Assembly (NCBI GenBank): GCA_013115145.1
Contig: JAAPAO010000053.1
Coordinates: forward strand, 1 to 64,000
Source of the DNA: Perkinsus chesapeaki ATCC PRA-425
Taxonomy: Eukaryota > Protista > Perkinsozoa
Length of the DNA stretch: 64,000 bases
Direction of reading: 5' to 3'
Within the stretch, counting starts at the first letter, position 1; each line of letters opens with the position of its first letter. The notes under the pieces were generated by a model. The model was given only the letters and a program-made list of their open reading frames with translations, made no database searches and was not told the DNA's origin. Both the position numbers and the translations under genes were made by a program. This document shows positions 35,371-47,900 of this stretch, piece after piece.

Positions 35371-37288
35371 CTATAACGATGTAAGCTTTAATTGATATGC
35401 GGACATAAATGACTCAGGCGCACCATTGTCAGAATCAACAAAGTCGCCATTTTCAACTCGCTCGTCAAGTAAGGCCTTCAATACGCCCACAGCGCCTTCC
35501 GTCGAGTCACGCAACATCAGCCAGCGGAGCGGTGCCAGACCACCGAACAAAGGTCCTGAATACACCAATAAAGGCGACAAAGGTGTAATGATTCGAACCT
35601 GGCAAAAATGGGGCACCGAGGTTGGTGTTGCAGAAACCCGGAGTGCAGGCCACAAACTTGGTCGTCGGATCTCTATTGGGGTCGCCACTCCTGAAAGGAA
35701 CCCTACCCAGGATTATATACACGGGTTCATATATGGCAAATATGGTGCTTCGCCCACCAATACCCGAGATACTAGGAATTGGTATGGAGTTCTGAGAGAA
35801 AGGCTGGATTATCAAACACTGATTACCACCAGCCATATTAGCTATTATAGGAGCTTAATTAGCGATTGCAGTGGAGTTATGAAGACCTCTTGTGGCAAGA
35901 GTGCGAGGAGGAGCTTACTTGCTGGCAACATACGAAAGTACAGCACGTTTGCTATCTGCATACTGAGTGGTGGATGATGGGTTACCCAGGACATCAACAA
36001 CATCATCGGCGGTTGCCAGTAAGGACTTTTTCTGCAATCGACTGAAAGGAAATAACGGAGGTTCCCGAGGAAAAGGAGGCCATGTCTTTAGTAGAATAAT
36101 TTTTGCCTTCTTCGGCCACTATGACGTTTCTATTTTTTGAACTACAAATTCACTCAGTAAACTACACGAGTCCCAACTCCTATCCGAGCCGTGCATCACA
36201 CCCACAGCGCGATTTTAAAAATACGGTAATTATCATCATAACCCCATCCCAGCAAATACCTGCTAACATACACCATACGTAGGGCTCTTCGCACATTAGC
36301 CTCGGCTCTAGCCTTCAAGAGGGCCTCTGTCATCACCACAGGGCCCACTAAATTGGTCTGTATGACCTTCTCTTTAGGCAGCATAATCCCTGAAGATCCG
36401 TGAGTGGTAAAATGAAGAGACAAATCACCTGCGTTGTGAATGACAGCGTCGAATCCCTCCGGCAGAGACTCCTCGGCGGCGAACCACATCTGGCTCAGTT
36501 CCCGTACTGCACTCTAACAAAAAACGTTGTTAAACTCAATGGGGCTGCCTAACCTAAACCAGATGATGTGCACCGAAACCACGTAAACTCACACGACGCT
36601 ACCGTCTCCGGCCAGGAAAAAATCAGCGCGAAATTTCGCAAAATCGCCCGTATATTTGCATGCTTTGCCAACAGTGTCTCGGCACTAACGGCAGTTCCCT
36701 CCATCTTCGCAGGATACCTCAACAGAGACTCTATCGGTCAAGTCGCAATGGATGACAGCGGGCGGTACGGCCCCTTCGCCTTGTCTCTCTGCTAGAACTC
36801 TAGAGATGTCATTGCCGGCTTCAACGTCTCGAACCAGGAGGACCTACCGTACGTCTTCCTCCCGACAAGCTTCCAGTCTTACCAGCGACACCTGTGGTTG
36901 ATAACGGCTGAGTATCTCTGTAACGGCTCGGCCGACCCCCGATGTCGCTCCTGACAAATGAGACCATCCAACCGACCAGGCACGGATCGAGCAAGGATCG
37001 AGCTAAGATCGATGGGTTCTTGTAGGGGAAACGTTGCTCCCAATGCAAACGTGCAAGCTCCTCGTCAAGCAGTTGAGTGCGCTGTTCCCGCAGCCGGCGG
37101 GAACACCGAGGACTCTTACCCGTAATGGCTATCCGGAACTTCTTATTGGTGTGATTCAACGCAGCACCTCGGCAAAGTCCGACAGCCTTGGTGCAGGCTG
37201 TCACAATATTGCTATATCGTCTAAAGGCCATCGCCCCCGCACCAGTGACAGTCCCCACCAGTGCCCATGCTGCAGCTCCGATCGCCAT
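35371..37288 (-). CDS. Short-chain dehydrogenase/reductase (SDR), N-terminal hydrophobic anchor
   Basis: Spliced ITGATSGVGRAV (TGxxxGxG), HCDLTDRVSV, VIHNAG, QTNLVGP, RMVYVSS, catalytic YADSK and ACTPGFCNTNL. 3' end approximate. Confidence 0.9.
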
Positions 37289-37329
37289 GCCTAACTGCGA
37301 CCAACTTCCGAAGATGCCTAACGCAACTA

Positions 37330-39330
37330 AAGGGGACAGAGAAGAAACTCTAAGTAGCAGCGCAGTTCCTGTGAATGCGAATCACACCAGGCTTCTTCGG
37401 CCCCGGGCTGCCGCAATGCCCATCATCATCTGCGCTGTGGGCACAATTTTGGCAGATTCGACCGATCTCGATCACTCTGGTGCTGCCGACTGTGAGCGAG
37501 CCTCCACACTGGGCACAGGTCTTACAGTCTTTGCATTGCCAACGATCACAGGGCAACTGAAGAAGAAAGGACTTCATAGTAGTAGTAATAGGACACAGGC
37601 CTCTAGTTTAGGAGGACTAACGCCAAGTGAAGTGTGTTTACGGTACGCAGTGCACTACAAGCCTAGCCTTCACCGCAGCGAACATGCTTAATCTTCGGAT
37701 GTGTTCTATCGTCCACACATGATAATCTACAACGTGACATTTAATGCATTCTATGACCACTTATGTCAACGGAGATACAGTACTAACAATTACATCAATT
37801 ACAAGTAAATTATTAATCAGACGGCCTTCTCCATCTCCCCTACCATGAGGGTCGACGCCTCCTCTTGGCTCATCCCAGCACACTCTGGATGGAACCTCCT
37901 ATTACAATCAGTACACACCGCCGTTGCCTCCTCATCTGCCATCGAGGAGCCACAGATCACACACGCCTGAGCCGGGACAGCTTTACAGTAACCATTTGAG
38001 ATGGGACTATTACCGAGCATTCTTGGCACTTCCAATGAGATCCTTCTGAATACCTCCTCACCAACCGGACGTCCAGCGGGGGGTCGCAGCAGAATGCATG
38101 ACAGTGGCGACCACAGGCAGTGCAGTGGAGCATGTACTGAAAAACTTGGAGTACGGAGATCGGTGAGGTGCTAGTAGAGACCCATCTGATATTAATCTTT
38201 AACTCCGAGGAAATTTTCCTGCCACGTTTTGCTGTTCCAACCTATGCCTAATGTGAATGACTTTGACGAGGACCTGCTGGCGTCGGTATCAAAGTGGTTC
38301 CATATATGAACCGATGCCGTTCTAGTTGGGAGAGACGATATGAAGGTTGCTTTGTTGGGTCGACTGTGGTGCCTTATCCTATTCCCACGGTGATAGCTTT
38401 TGTTATTGCTATTTATTATGTTCAATTCCCTCAACAAAGTCAAACCCTGTCTAAGTTGACAAACCTAAGCTCGTATGTAATAGTAAGATGTAGAAGCAAG
38501 GATGTCTACGCAAAGTCCAATGTAATTTCACCACATAACGAGCACTGGTAGCTCTACCTCCTGCTGATGTGAATGCAAACAGGTGCTCCACGCACACCGG
38601 TACGCAGGCTCGGAGGAGCTATCGGTAGGCTCCGAGGAAGGGGTCGCTGCTGAAGCATGATCAGAGGAAAAGACGGTATGAAGTTGCCGGCCTACTGCTT
38701 CGCCGGACAAGGTGCTTGTGGAGCTCCTCAGTAGGGCTCGAAGGCGTCGCTACTCTGCAAAAGGGACATTCTCGACCACATTGCCAAGTGATTACCGGCG
38801 GGCCTTGCGCCTATGTAATGATCCAAGCTTGTGTACGTCAGCTGAGGTAAGGGAACTGTCGTCGGGGGTAGACATAATAAACTGCATAATAGTGAGGATA
38901 ATATTATATACAGGGACTGCTAGGGATCCGTCCATCTTCTTGGCAGATGATCTATCTAGTGGAAAAAGCCGAATATTCTGAGCTCCTCGATGCCATACAG
39001 TCTACAATAAGCGTATAATGAGAATTATTTTCTTTATAGTGCGACGGTTGCCACTACAGTGATGTGGCTGCGGGCAGCTTAGTCTAGTGCGGGTTAAGGT
39101 AGATGTATGGTACAGCACCAGACAGATAGAGGGAAAGTATCGTACTACCAGTCACACAGAGCCGATCAAGCGAATGGTGGCCTATGCAGATTCAAGCGGG
39201 GAGGAAATACGCAGACGCTTCAGTGCAGTCCAGTAAAAGGATTAGCCCCTCAAGCTCGCAGGTAGCACAACGGCCTTGGGAAGTGAAATACGGTCCCGCA
39301 ACTCAGCTAGCAGCACCGCACCGAACATGA
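37330..39330 (-). CDS. Multi-PHD-finger protein
   Basis: Cys/His clusters MLHCTACGRHCHAFCCDPP, CVICG...CTDCNRRFHPEC and WQCKDCKTCAQCG. Start uncertain. Confidence 0.75.
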
Positions 39331-39376
39331 GCAGGTTAGATTGAGTCTTGGAAATAGAGGTAATAAGGTGATTACT

Positions 39377-40853
39377 CTACGATGAGTACTTATAGCGTAC
39401 ATGCTGACCGAATTGGTATGCATAAAGTGCTGCTCCATTGGCAATAAAGGATCGGGCCACCCCTGGCAGCAGTCCCCTATACAGCGTGATGCTCCATTGG
39501 CAATAAAGGATCGGGCCACCCCTGGCAGCAGTCCCCTATACAGCGTGATGCTCCATTGGCAATNNNNNNNNNNNNNNNNNNNNNNNNNNNNNNNNNNNNN
39601 NNNNNNNNNNNNNNNNNNNNNNNNNNNNNNNNNNNNNNNNNNNNNNNNNNNNNNNNNNNNCCCCTATACAGCGTGATGCTCCATTGGCAATAAAGGATCG
39701 GGCCACCCCTGGCAGCAGTCCCCTATACAGCGTGCTGCTCCATTGGCAATAAAGGATCGGGCCACCCCTGGCAGCAGTCCCCTATACAGCGTGCCTGAAA
39801 AGGAGGAGCGGTTTGATACTGAGGGGAAATAGACGAATGATATCGAATAACAGCGGTCATTTCAAGTGACCAATAAAGTGGAGCCGTGATGGTTTTGAAT
39901 AGCCTTGTGACCGAATCCAAGGAAACGTCCAAGGAATATAATAAGCTGGATAACATCGATACTTAAGGGCAACCAGAAGCGGGGCGAAGAAGTCCATTAC
40001 GAGGACCAGTCTCCGAAGAACACTATAAGAGCATGTACTTAACGAATTTACCGATGTCACTGAATATAGGCAATTGAGTTGAACTAATTCAGACAAGCAA
40101 AGCCCGAGCCTTTCACTTGGGGCCCATACCTCCAATATTACCATTCCTAGCACACTGCCACAGTAACGTCGCCATTCCTGCGGTTTGCCGGTGTCCCGCT
40201 TGAATCTGTGACTTCACCACATCCAATGGCCACACTATACACCATGCCAACGTAGCGGCAATGCCTCCCTTGAGGAACGGATGGGCCCCGAAGAACTCTG
40301 GACTCTTAGCTTGGAAAGCCTCAGCTATGACAAAAAAGTTCCCCAACAGAAGTACGTTACGCGCCGTAGTGGCCGAGAACCCTAACGTGAGCTCACGAGC
40401 GCTGTAGGAGGAACCAAGCTGCCGTCGGGTCTTCATCAACTCCAAAGGAGCCTCTACGACAGCCCGGGACAGGCCAGAGGCGAGCCCACCGACCAACACC
40501 CGAGGCTCCAGGAATCCCCCCAGCTTGGTGTGCTCGAACCAAGTATCCTTGAGGCTGGCGAATACCACACCGTAGGATGCAAATTGCAATGACCGAAACA
40601 TCAGACTGCCGATGAATGGTGGAAGGAAGCCTCTGTAGAGGCCATGGACGCCATGGTCCAGAATAGTGGTGCGGAAAGTCCTGAGCATACCGGCGCTCTG
40701 GAACTGAGGCTGGGCTTGCATTTTAGTTTTAATGGTGTCCAGCGGATGCCCCATTATAACACTAGTACCTCCGTAGAGCACTCCACAGCCCAGAGACCAC
40801 ATACCTTCTCGGAAGGCTGATCCAGAGCCTACTAGTCGCCCAACCTCGGACAT
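39377..40853 (-). CDS. Mitochondrial carrier (SLC25), carnitine/ornithine-carrier-like; last exon interrupted by tandem repeat and gap
   Basis: Three PxDxxK-type signatures (PLDTIK, PLELMK, PLDVVK) and LYRGFLPP. Last exon TLYRGLLPGVARSFIANGAALYAYQF...stop. Confidence 0.92.
39428..39794. repeat. 59-bp tandem minisatellite spanning an assembly gap
   Basis: Unit gctccattggcaataaaggatcgggccacccctggcagcagtcccctatacagcgtg(a/c)t recurs at 59-bp period (39431, 39490, 39549) and again after the gap. Confidence 0.95.
39564..39660. other. Assembly gap (97 N)
   Basis: Run of n characters. Confidence 1.
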
Positions 40854-41157
40854 TTGAAAAGCAGACCGAATAGACGACTGGGAGCTGCTTATTGCTCCAC
40901 CGAAAAAGGATGTAGCATTACCGCTTAGATTGATAAGGGCGAGATTCCAAAGCACCTTTGTATATTCTATATTCATAGGAGTCCACAACCACCCTTCTGC
41001 CACAAAGGCATTCACTACTACTTTAAACTCAGGGACTTAAGAGAATCAGAGAAGCATTAGTAAATGATAAGGTATTCACTTTTGTTGTTGTATTAAGTGA
41101 CTCTAAACAGAGGTATATTACTATGGCTTTTTAAACGGCCAGAACCGCTCCAGCTCT

Positions 41158-44100
41158 TTACATGTACTTTAACAAGAAGAATAACTGATAGGAACAGTGT
41201 GCATCTGGGAATAGAGCTACTCGTTATTATTACCATCATAGCTGCAGGTTGGCCAGTGAAACAGAATGTTATCCAGAAAAGGCAGTTGCCGAAATTCGGC
41301 CTGTCCTTGATGAACTTCTTCTCAGTTAGGGACATGAGAGGGACCTGCATAATATCCATTAGTCAGAGTCGCTACCACTACTACAAATACTATTATTATT
41401 CACTACTTAGTAAGCCCGAAATTGAACACTATTAACTAGCCTCAGGAGCTATGAATATCTATGTACGGAGGTATGTGCAAGGGTTTCACAGCGAACAACA
41501 GTTGAATAGTCCAAGCTTTTTGATTATACGTGAAAACCCATAACAGTGCTATAATCCCACAAGGACCATGAAAGTATAAAATAACGAAATATATATAAAC
41601 TGAAGTATGCTGTAGATCACGCTCCCCTGTGCAAGGTGGGGAAGACAGCAACTTGCCTGTGCTATGAACATCTGAGTGACAAGTGTGTAGAAGGGCAGGC
41701 CAAATGGTATCATAGATACGTATTCGTGAAGTACGCCAGAGAACACCTAAATGGCCGCAAGATGTCATTGATCGAGCAGGAGATCCGAGCCTACGAAACA
41801 GAGCATTCCGGCAGCGTCTTGAGACAGTCCGAGTCTTCTCATGGGAACGTACATGTGACGCAGTATAAAGTAGTGGACCTGGAAATGAGTTGTAAGGAAT
41901 CTTAACTTGAAGCTTGTTTTTGGCTCACAGGAAGATTCCATTTCTGCCAGTATTCTCTAAAGCTGACAGAGTTCCACCAATCAAGATAGAACTCGCGGTC
42001 ACCGAATCTGGTGATCTCAGCCAGTATATCTGAAGGGGCAAGAGCTTTCGCATAGATCCAGCAAATGGCAGCAGTGCGAACTAGCCAGGTGTTGCTTATT
42101 CGGCCCTATATTCTTCTACAAGGCATGGGGAGCCCAGGACAAATAATATAATTATGGTCATAAATAACTATCAAATATATGTAATCATTGGATAATAATA
42201 TAGCGATGTTAAAACAGTAGCGCAAGGTGAACGATTTTGGCTCATAGAGATACCATATGGGGACAGGCGACACAACTTACTCATCCACACGTGGAACAAC
42301 GTGAAGAACATTAACAGCCAGCAATAGAGGTTAGGAACCGCGAGCTTGAGCACACGTTCGGCAATAATCCTGACAAACAGCAGCATCACCAATATAGACA
42401 GCTTCAGTGGAGACTATTTATTATTATTATTACAATGTACTCTGGTACCAGCTCTTAGACTCATTTAGCATTATACGTGCATTAACCAGGATCGGCAACA
42501 TATACCTGAATGGAGGTAGAGGAGTTGACATTGCATAGGATAGCACTAGAAGAAGAAGGCACCGCCACTGTCTTGGATGATTTGGAACCATCCGCAGCTG
42601 TGAATACCTATCCGGGTTTTTCGAAAACCCGAAACCCGAATCGAGTCATCAGTGGAAGTATGTAAATAGAGCTACGTGACTAGTACAAATAATCCCTATA
42701 GCGAGCACTAAACAACCACACCACTTTGACGCTCGGAACTGCTACGGCAGCGGTATGATATATATAATAGAAAGGTGAGCTGAGAAGTGACCATGTAGTT
42801 TGTTGGATGCTACTTACTGTTGAACAAGAATAAGCTGTAGAGCCATGCAGAAGAGCAACAATGCTGTGTACTTGGCCAGTCTCACCCACTAAAGAGGAAA
42901 ACAGCAATAAATAGAGGATTAATAGGCGGCACTTACGTTACGAGCAGGATAACGGGGATACCACAACTGATAGCACAGAGTAGGATAAGCTATGAACATG
43001 TACCTGGCGAGAGATGGAAGGCTTCCACATTACAACAACAAGAAGAAAAATACAGAGGAAAGGCTTCCTATAGTCTGATATAAAACAGCGGAGCGTAGCG
43101 ATCCTTTTCTAGTTACGCTGTAAATTATTTCTCTCAAAAATACTTGCAATCATTCTTGACTATTGCTGAATCCCTATGAAACTTACATATCTTTCAACGA
43201 CAGGCATTTAGGATACTTCCTGGCAACTTCGAGAGTCTCCTTCTCCTCGGCCAAGAGCATCTGAACAAAGCCGTTAGAAACTTACCAAAGATACCATCAA
43301 GCATCCTACCTCCAATTTGCCTTCCTTAACGGACCAGTAAAGGTCATGGCAGACGTGCCAGTAACTAGCGAACGATGCTTATCGGAAATTTTAGACATAC
43401 GAAAGCTCACCTGACGATCTTCATAGCGTACGTGACAGAGCAGCACAGGAGTCCACATGCTAGCAGACCATTTGGATATGTCGCTGAGACATGACCCAAT
43501 ATAGATAGACAAGATGCCCTATATTACTTTCGATAGTGTAAAGTGGTCCAAGTAGAACGAGAAGAAGCACGCATGTTTGAAGGGTATTCGCGAGCTTACG
43601 GTCCTTTTGTTTCGGTGCTATGTACCTAAAAGAGAAACCGTACAGATGAAAGTGACATGGCATACGGGGGTGCTAGAGTGTATAGCAGACCACATGCCCA
43701 TTAAGCTGAATCCTAACGGAATGACATGTCTGACACCTATAGCTGTGAGCAACTACTGCTAATACACATAAGAATACGTACTACTACACATTGATATATA
43801 ATGGACTACATAAGAAGGTATATAAGGGTACATAAAAATATAAATTAAACATATTAATATATACGGCAAGATACCACCAACTGCTACCACTCCTTTATAT
43901 TACCTCTCTATAATATAACTCAGAGCTGGACAACATAGCACTAATGCTAGAGTATATAGTAGTGGAAGATGATGACGGAGGTTGTTTATGGAAAGATACT
44001 CCCAAGGTCGTAATAGTATACCGTACTTTATAAGATTCTCCAATACAAGACGGAGATTAAGTGCCTAGAGAAGGCTCTACAATCCTAGCCATTATGCAAG

Positions 44101-44644
44101 GCACTTACCACTAATAACAAGCACATAAGGTTAACAATACCGCGGTAGTTGGTGTTCTTGGCGCTCATACCGAGAAGGGGTGGCTACACCAACAATTGTC
44201 GCTTCAATGAGGCGAGAGCGGTATAAACTTACGCAGCATTTCCTATTGACAACACGCCCTAACGGATGGGATCGTCTGAGCCTACGAAGCTCCTTCTCTC
44301 GCTTAGCGGCCTCGTCAGCATCAGCGGTGGTAGAGGCGGCCTCTTTAGGCTTCTCCTCCTTAGTCTGTGACGCCTAAACAGTGTAACTTCACCAAGCCGC
44401 TGGGATGCTGCCAACCTACCTGTGTTGGTATCTTTTCAGCATCGCTTTGATAAATGCTGCTGACTTGGTTGAATGTACCGGCCTTTTCGACCTCTATCCG
44501 CTTTAGTTTCTTCTTGGAATCCTCACCAAGCTCTACGGGTTTAGAACCTGAGCTTAGATACGCCCTCACCAGCACGACGCCCCTACCTTCTTTATTAGAC
44601 ATGCCTTTGAGAGTATCCGCAGCTGTAGAGAAAAAACTACTCAT
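41158..44644 (-). CDS. DGAT1: Diacylglycerol O-acyltransferase 1 (MBOAT)
   Basis: [72 protein letters not shown], catalytic FSGVLHEY, and [15 protein letters not shown]. Confidence 0.95.
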
Positions 44645-44917
44645 ACGAAATAAAGCTGACACCTCTAGCTATTGAATACTGCTCATCACTTTAAGTACAT
44701 CCCTACACTAGCGTGGCTAAGCTACTTGGAAGAGAGCAGAGAATGCGCTGGGGCGCGCGGTCACCGATATCGATTATACGGGCGCGCGCTTTTTCAAATA
44801 TGCGATCGGCGCAGGATCGTCGGCGTTGACGGAAAGACTGCTTTTGAAGTGGCGTTTGTACATTGTACTTTTCAGCTATTACTACTTTGAAATCTGTCTG
44901 CACTACGACTCTTCCAT

Positions 44918-47900
44918 ATGGCCGTATTGTACACTACTCTTACAATTACACTGTAAGGCCCTAATAGGCACTTGTAGAGCTCATCTTTGCTTCGGGAAAT
45001 TGCCCTACGACCGTCGGTTCCCTTTTCAGGTCTTTGTCATCAACCTGGGCTATAGTGGCCCCGCAGCCTGCACTGACTACTAAGGTCATACCGCAGAGTA
45101 AGCTGACGAACTCACTGAAGATTATTTTTACGGGTTTTCCATCAGATGTGACCACTTCCCTCATCCAAGCCCTTGAGAACGCTGAGAGCAATCTCAACGA
45201 CATCGAGAACGATAAAAGGTGGTCTAGCTGCCAGGCGAACCAGAAGGATTGGGACTGTCAAAAAGTTCGGTAAGAACTCATCCCCATAGACGTCGCAGCA
45301 AGGGCATCTCGTTCAGATGGGACGCTCTGAAGGTCCTCGAAAAGGACCAAGTAGAAGTGGCCATTCTCATTCAAAAAGCCTTTGATATCAACCTAGCCGT
45401 TACCAAGGGCATCAACGGCCGTCAGAAGGACATTGATGAGCTCAAGGACGCTTTAAGTACGTCGGCACCCTTCTAATGGTCGCAGGGGCCATGTCGCGTT
45501 TCATCGTTCAGATGGCCCCGACGGTCTCGTACAGAGAGCCAAGACCATTGCCGATGGTATCCTCCACACTAAGGTGAGTTCCTCAAGAGCTCCTCTTGCC
45601 TACGTTATCGCTTTGCTATCAGTCTACCATACACGACCAGGCCGAGGCTATTAGCACCCAAGTCAAGAACTTAGCTGATCAGTTGAAGGTGGAGGTTACA
45701 ATGATTCAAGAGGTGGGACGATGAGGGCAACAGTGAAAGAGTAACTCTTTACCTTTCAGCACGTCGAGACCAAGCTCCATAATCTCAACGCAGCTAGTGC
45801 GAAGCTCATGAACGATCAGATGGGCCTCGAGGTGAGCCCTCCCTCTAGGGTGTCCCTGTTACTGTTTGTGTGCAGATGAAAGCCCTGCAAACTAGCGCTG
45901 AAACTGTGAACGCTGAGGAGGCCAGTATTGCCCAACAGGCAACTCAGAATGCTAACCAGACCAACGCTGAGATCGAGCAGACTCGTGGAGAGGTCTCTGA
46001 GTTCTCCGCCAGTGTGAGGGACGAGTTCGACCAACTTGCACAGAGCCTCGATGAGGAGGAAGATACGATCAAAGCTGAGGACCAAGAGAGCAAACAGAAA
46101 GACCGCGAAATGAAGAGCGCTTGGAAGGCCGAGCTTCAGACCAGCGTCAACGAGGGCTTCAAGAAGGCCCAACATTCCTTGGATGGCGCGCAGAAGCAGC
46201 TTGATGAGAAACTGTCCTCCATGACCAAGGAGCTTGAACATCATAGAGAGCAAAGTGTGGCCGCCACTGAGAACGAACAGAAGGCGACTAATGAGGAGCT
46301 GAAAAACGACCTTAAGAGCATCAACTCGAAGATTGAGAGGCTTGCTGAACAAAGCATGGGCGATGTCAGTGCCTTGGAGAAGAAGAATAACGCTACTCTT
46401 GAGAGCATCAAGAGCACTCAAGAGAGGACACTAAAGGATGTACAGCGGACTACTGATGACAATGCCGCTGGTGTCAACGCCCTCGATGAGGAGGCCCGAG
46501 TGGTCAGAGCTGAGTCTGAGGCCGAGCTAGATGAGGCTAGAAATAGCAACACCCAGGGCTTCAGGGAGCTACAAAACAGCGCCGCCAGCGCACAACGAGC
46601 TTTGACTAAAGATGCTAGTGCCCAGTTTGAGAAGGCCAACCAGGAGATCGCTGCCCAGGGAGCCGAAGCTAAGCAGAAGGGAATGCAGGACTCGAAAGAG
46701 CTTGAATCTGAGATCAATAGTCTGAAGGTCTATACAGCTAAGGGAGGCAAGAAGAACGCTGAGGGCCTTGGTGATGCCATCAGCGAAGTTGATCACATGA
46801 AGAAGCTTCTCACTGGAATGATCAAGTCCGGTGGTGATTCTAACGACCAGCGGAGGCAGATGGTCGAGGCTATGTTCGACGGTGAGCTGAAGGACACTGA
46901 AGAGACCAGCAGGGAGATGTCCAGAAGCGCTGCGGCTCGAGATCATGCACTCAGCCGTTCTCTCTCGAAGGAGATGGGCACTGCTAATAAGGAGCTCCAT
47001 GATGAGATGCGGAGGACAAGAGACGAGCAAGAAGGCGCAGTGTAAATCAATACCGCCATGCGTTTTAGCGAGGTTATTTATTTTCAGCGGAAAGCTCCAA
47101 CAGCGTCAGATCACAAACAGCCAGAAGTCTCAAGGAGACATGAGAAGGCTTGGCTTCGCTGTAGAGGAAATTGAAGGAGGAGTTGAGGAACAGAAAGATG
47201 CTGGTGATGTAAGTGAACGCTATGAACAACAACGCTTGATACAGTTATTGATACGAATCACCTCTTAGCAACTGGCCCAGTGGATCAATAAGGTCGAGGC
47301 ATCCGCGGAGGACTCAATGAAGCAGCTTGGCACCCAGATCGACTCATCCAAGGCCTTGGAGAAGAGCGAGATTGGTGAGCCCTTGGAGACTACGCTTGAC
47401 ATAACTGGCAGAATCTTATTTGGATCAGATAACGTTCGTGATAAGATGGCAGCTGATTATGCATCCTTAACTGATGGAGAGAAGGCAGCCATTGACAGCA
47501 GAAAACAGAAGATCCTATCCGCCTTCACCGGGGACCTGTCGGACGCCCAGGCGAAGACGCATGTGAGTTCTCACGCTTGAAGGTTCGGAGTGAATATCTT
47601 CGGCCTGATTACAGGACACCATGAACCGACTCCAAAGCGACGCCGATAGGCAGAAGCAGCTCCTCGCCAACGACCGTCTTGATGTCGACAAGCTCCTCAA
47701 GGAGACCCAAGAGTTGTCGGCTACAGTAAGGAAAGAGCGCTTTGTATGGATTCATCGTCGAATTCGCTTCTTAGGGCAACGCGGAGTTCGAGCAGTTGGA
47801 GGCAGCTCTTAGCCAGAAGACAGATGATGCCAACATCGAGCGTCAACAGAAGCTCGCTGGTGTGAAGGATAATGTCAACAAGGAGCTCAACGAGCTTGAA

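Noticed and set aside
35426-35977. Plus-strand 183-aa ORF as a possible gag or other mobile-element remnant
   Set aside because: It overlaps SDR C-terminal exons on the minus strand (ACTPGFCNTNL) and has no CCHC, RT or integrase motif.
39428-39794. Regular repeat array as a possible CRISPR
   Set aside because: Units are contiguous with no unique spacers, the unit is carrier coding sequence, and there are no cas genes in this eukaryotic context.
41636-41905. Plus-strand 89-aa ORF that looks protein-like
   Set aside because: It is the antisense shadow of DGAT1 exons, including the catalytic HEY exon.
42613-42640. cgggtttt-tcg-aaaacccg hairpin with a repeated aaacccg in a DGAT1 intron
   Set aside because: The stem is only 8 bp and low-complexity, with no TSD or Helitron-type end.
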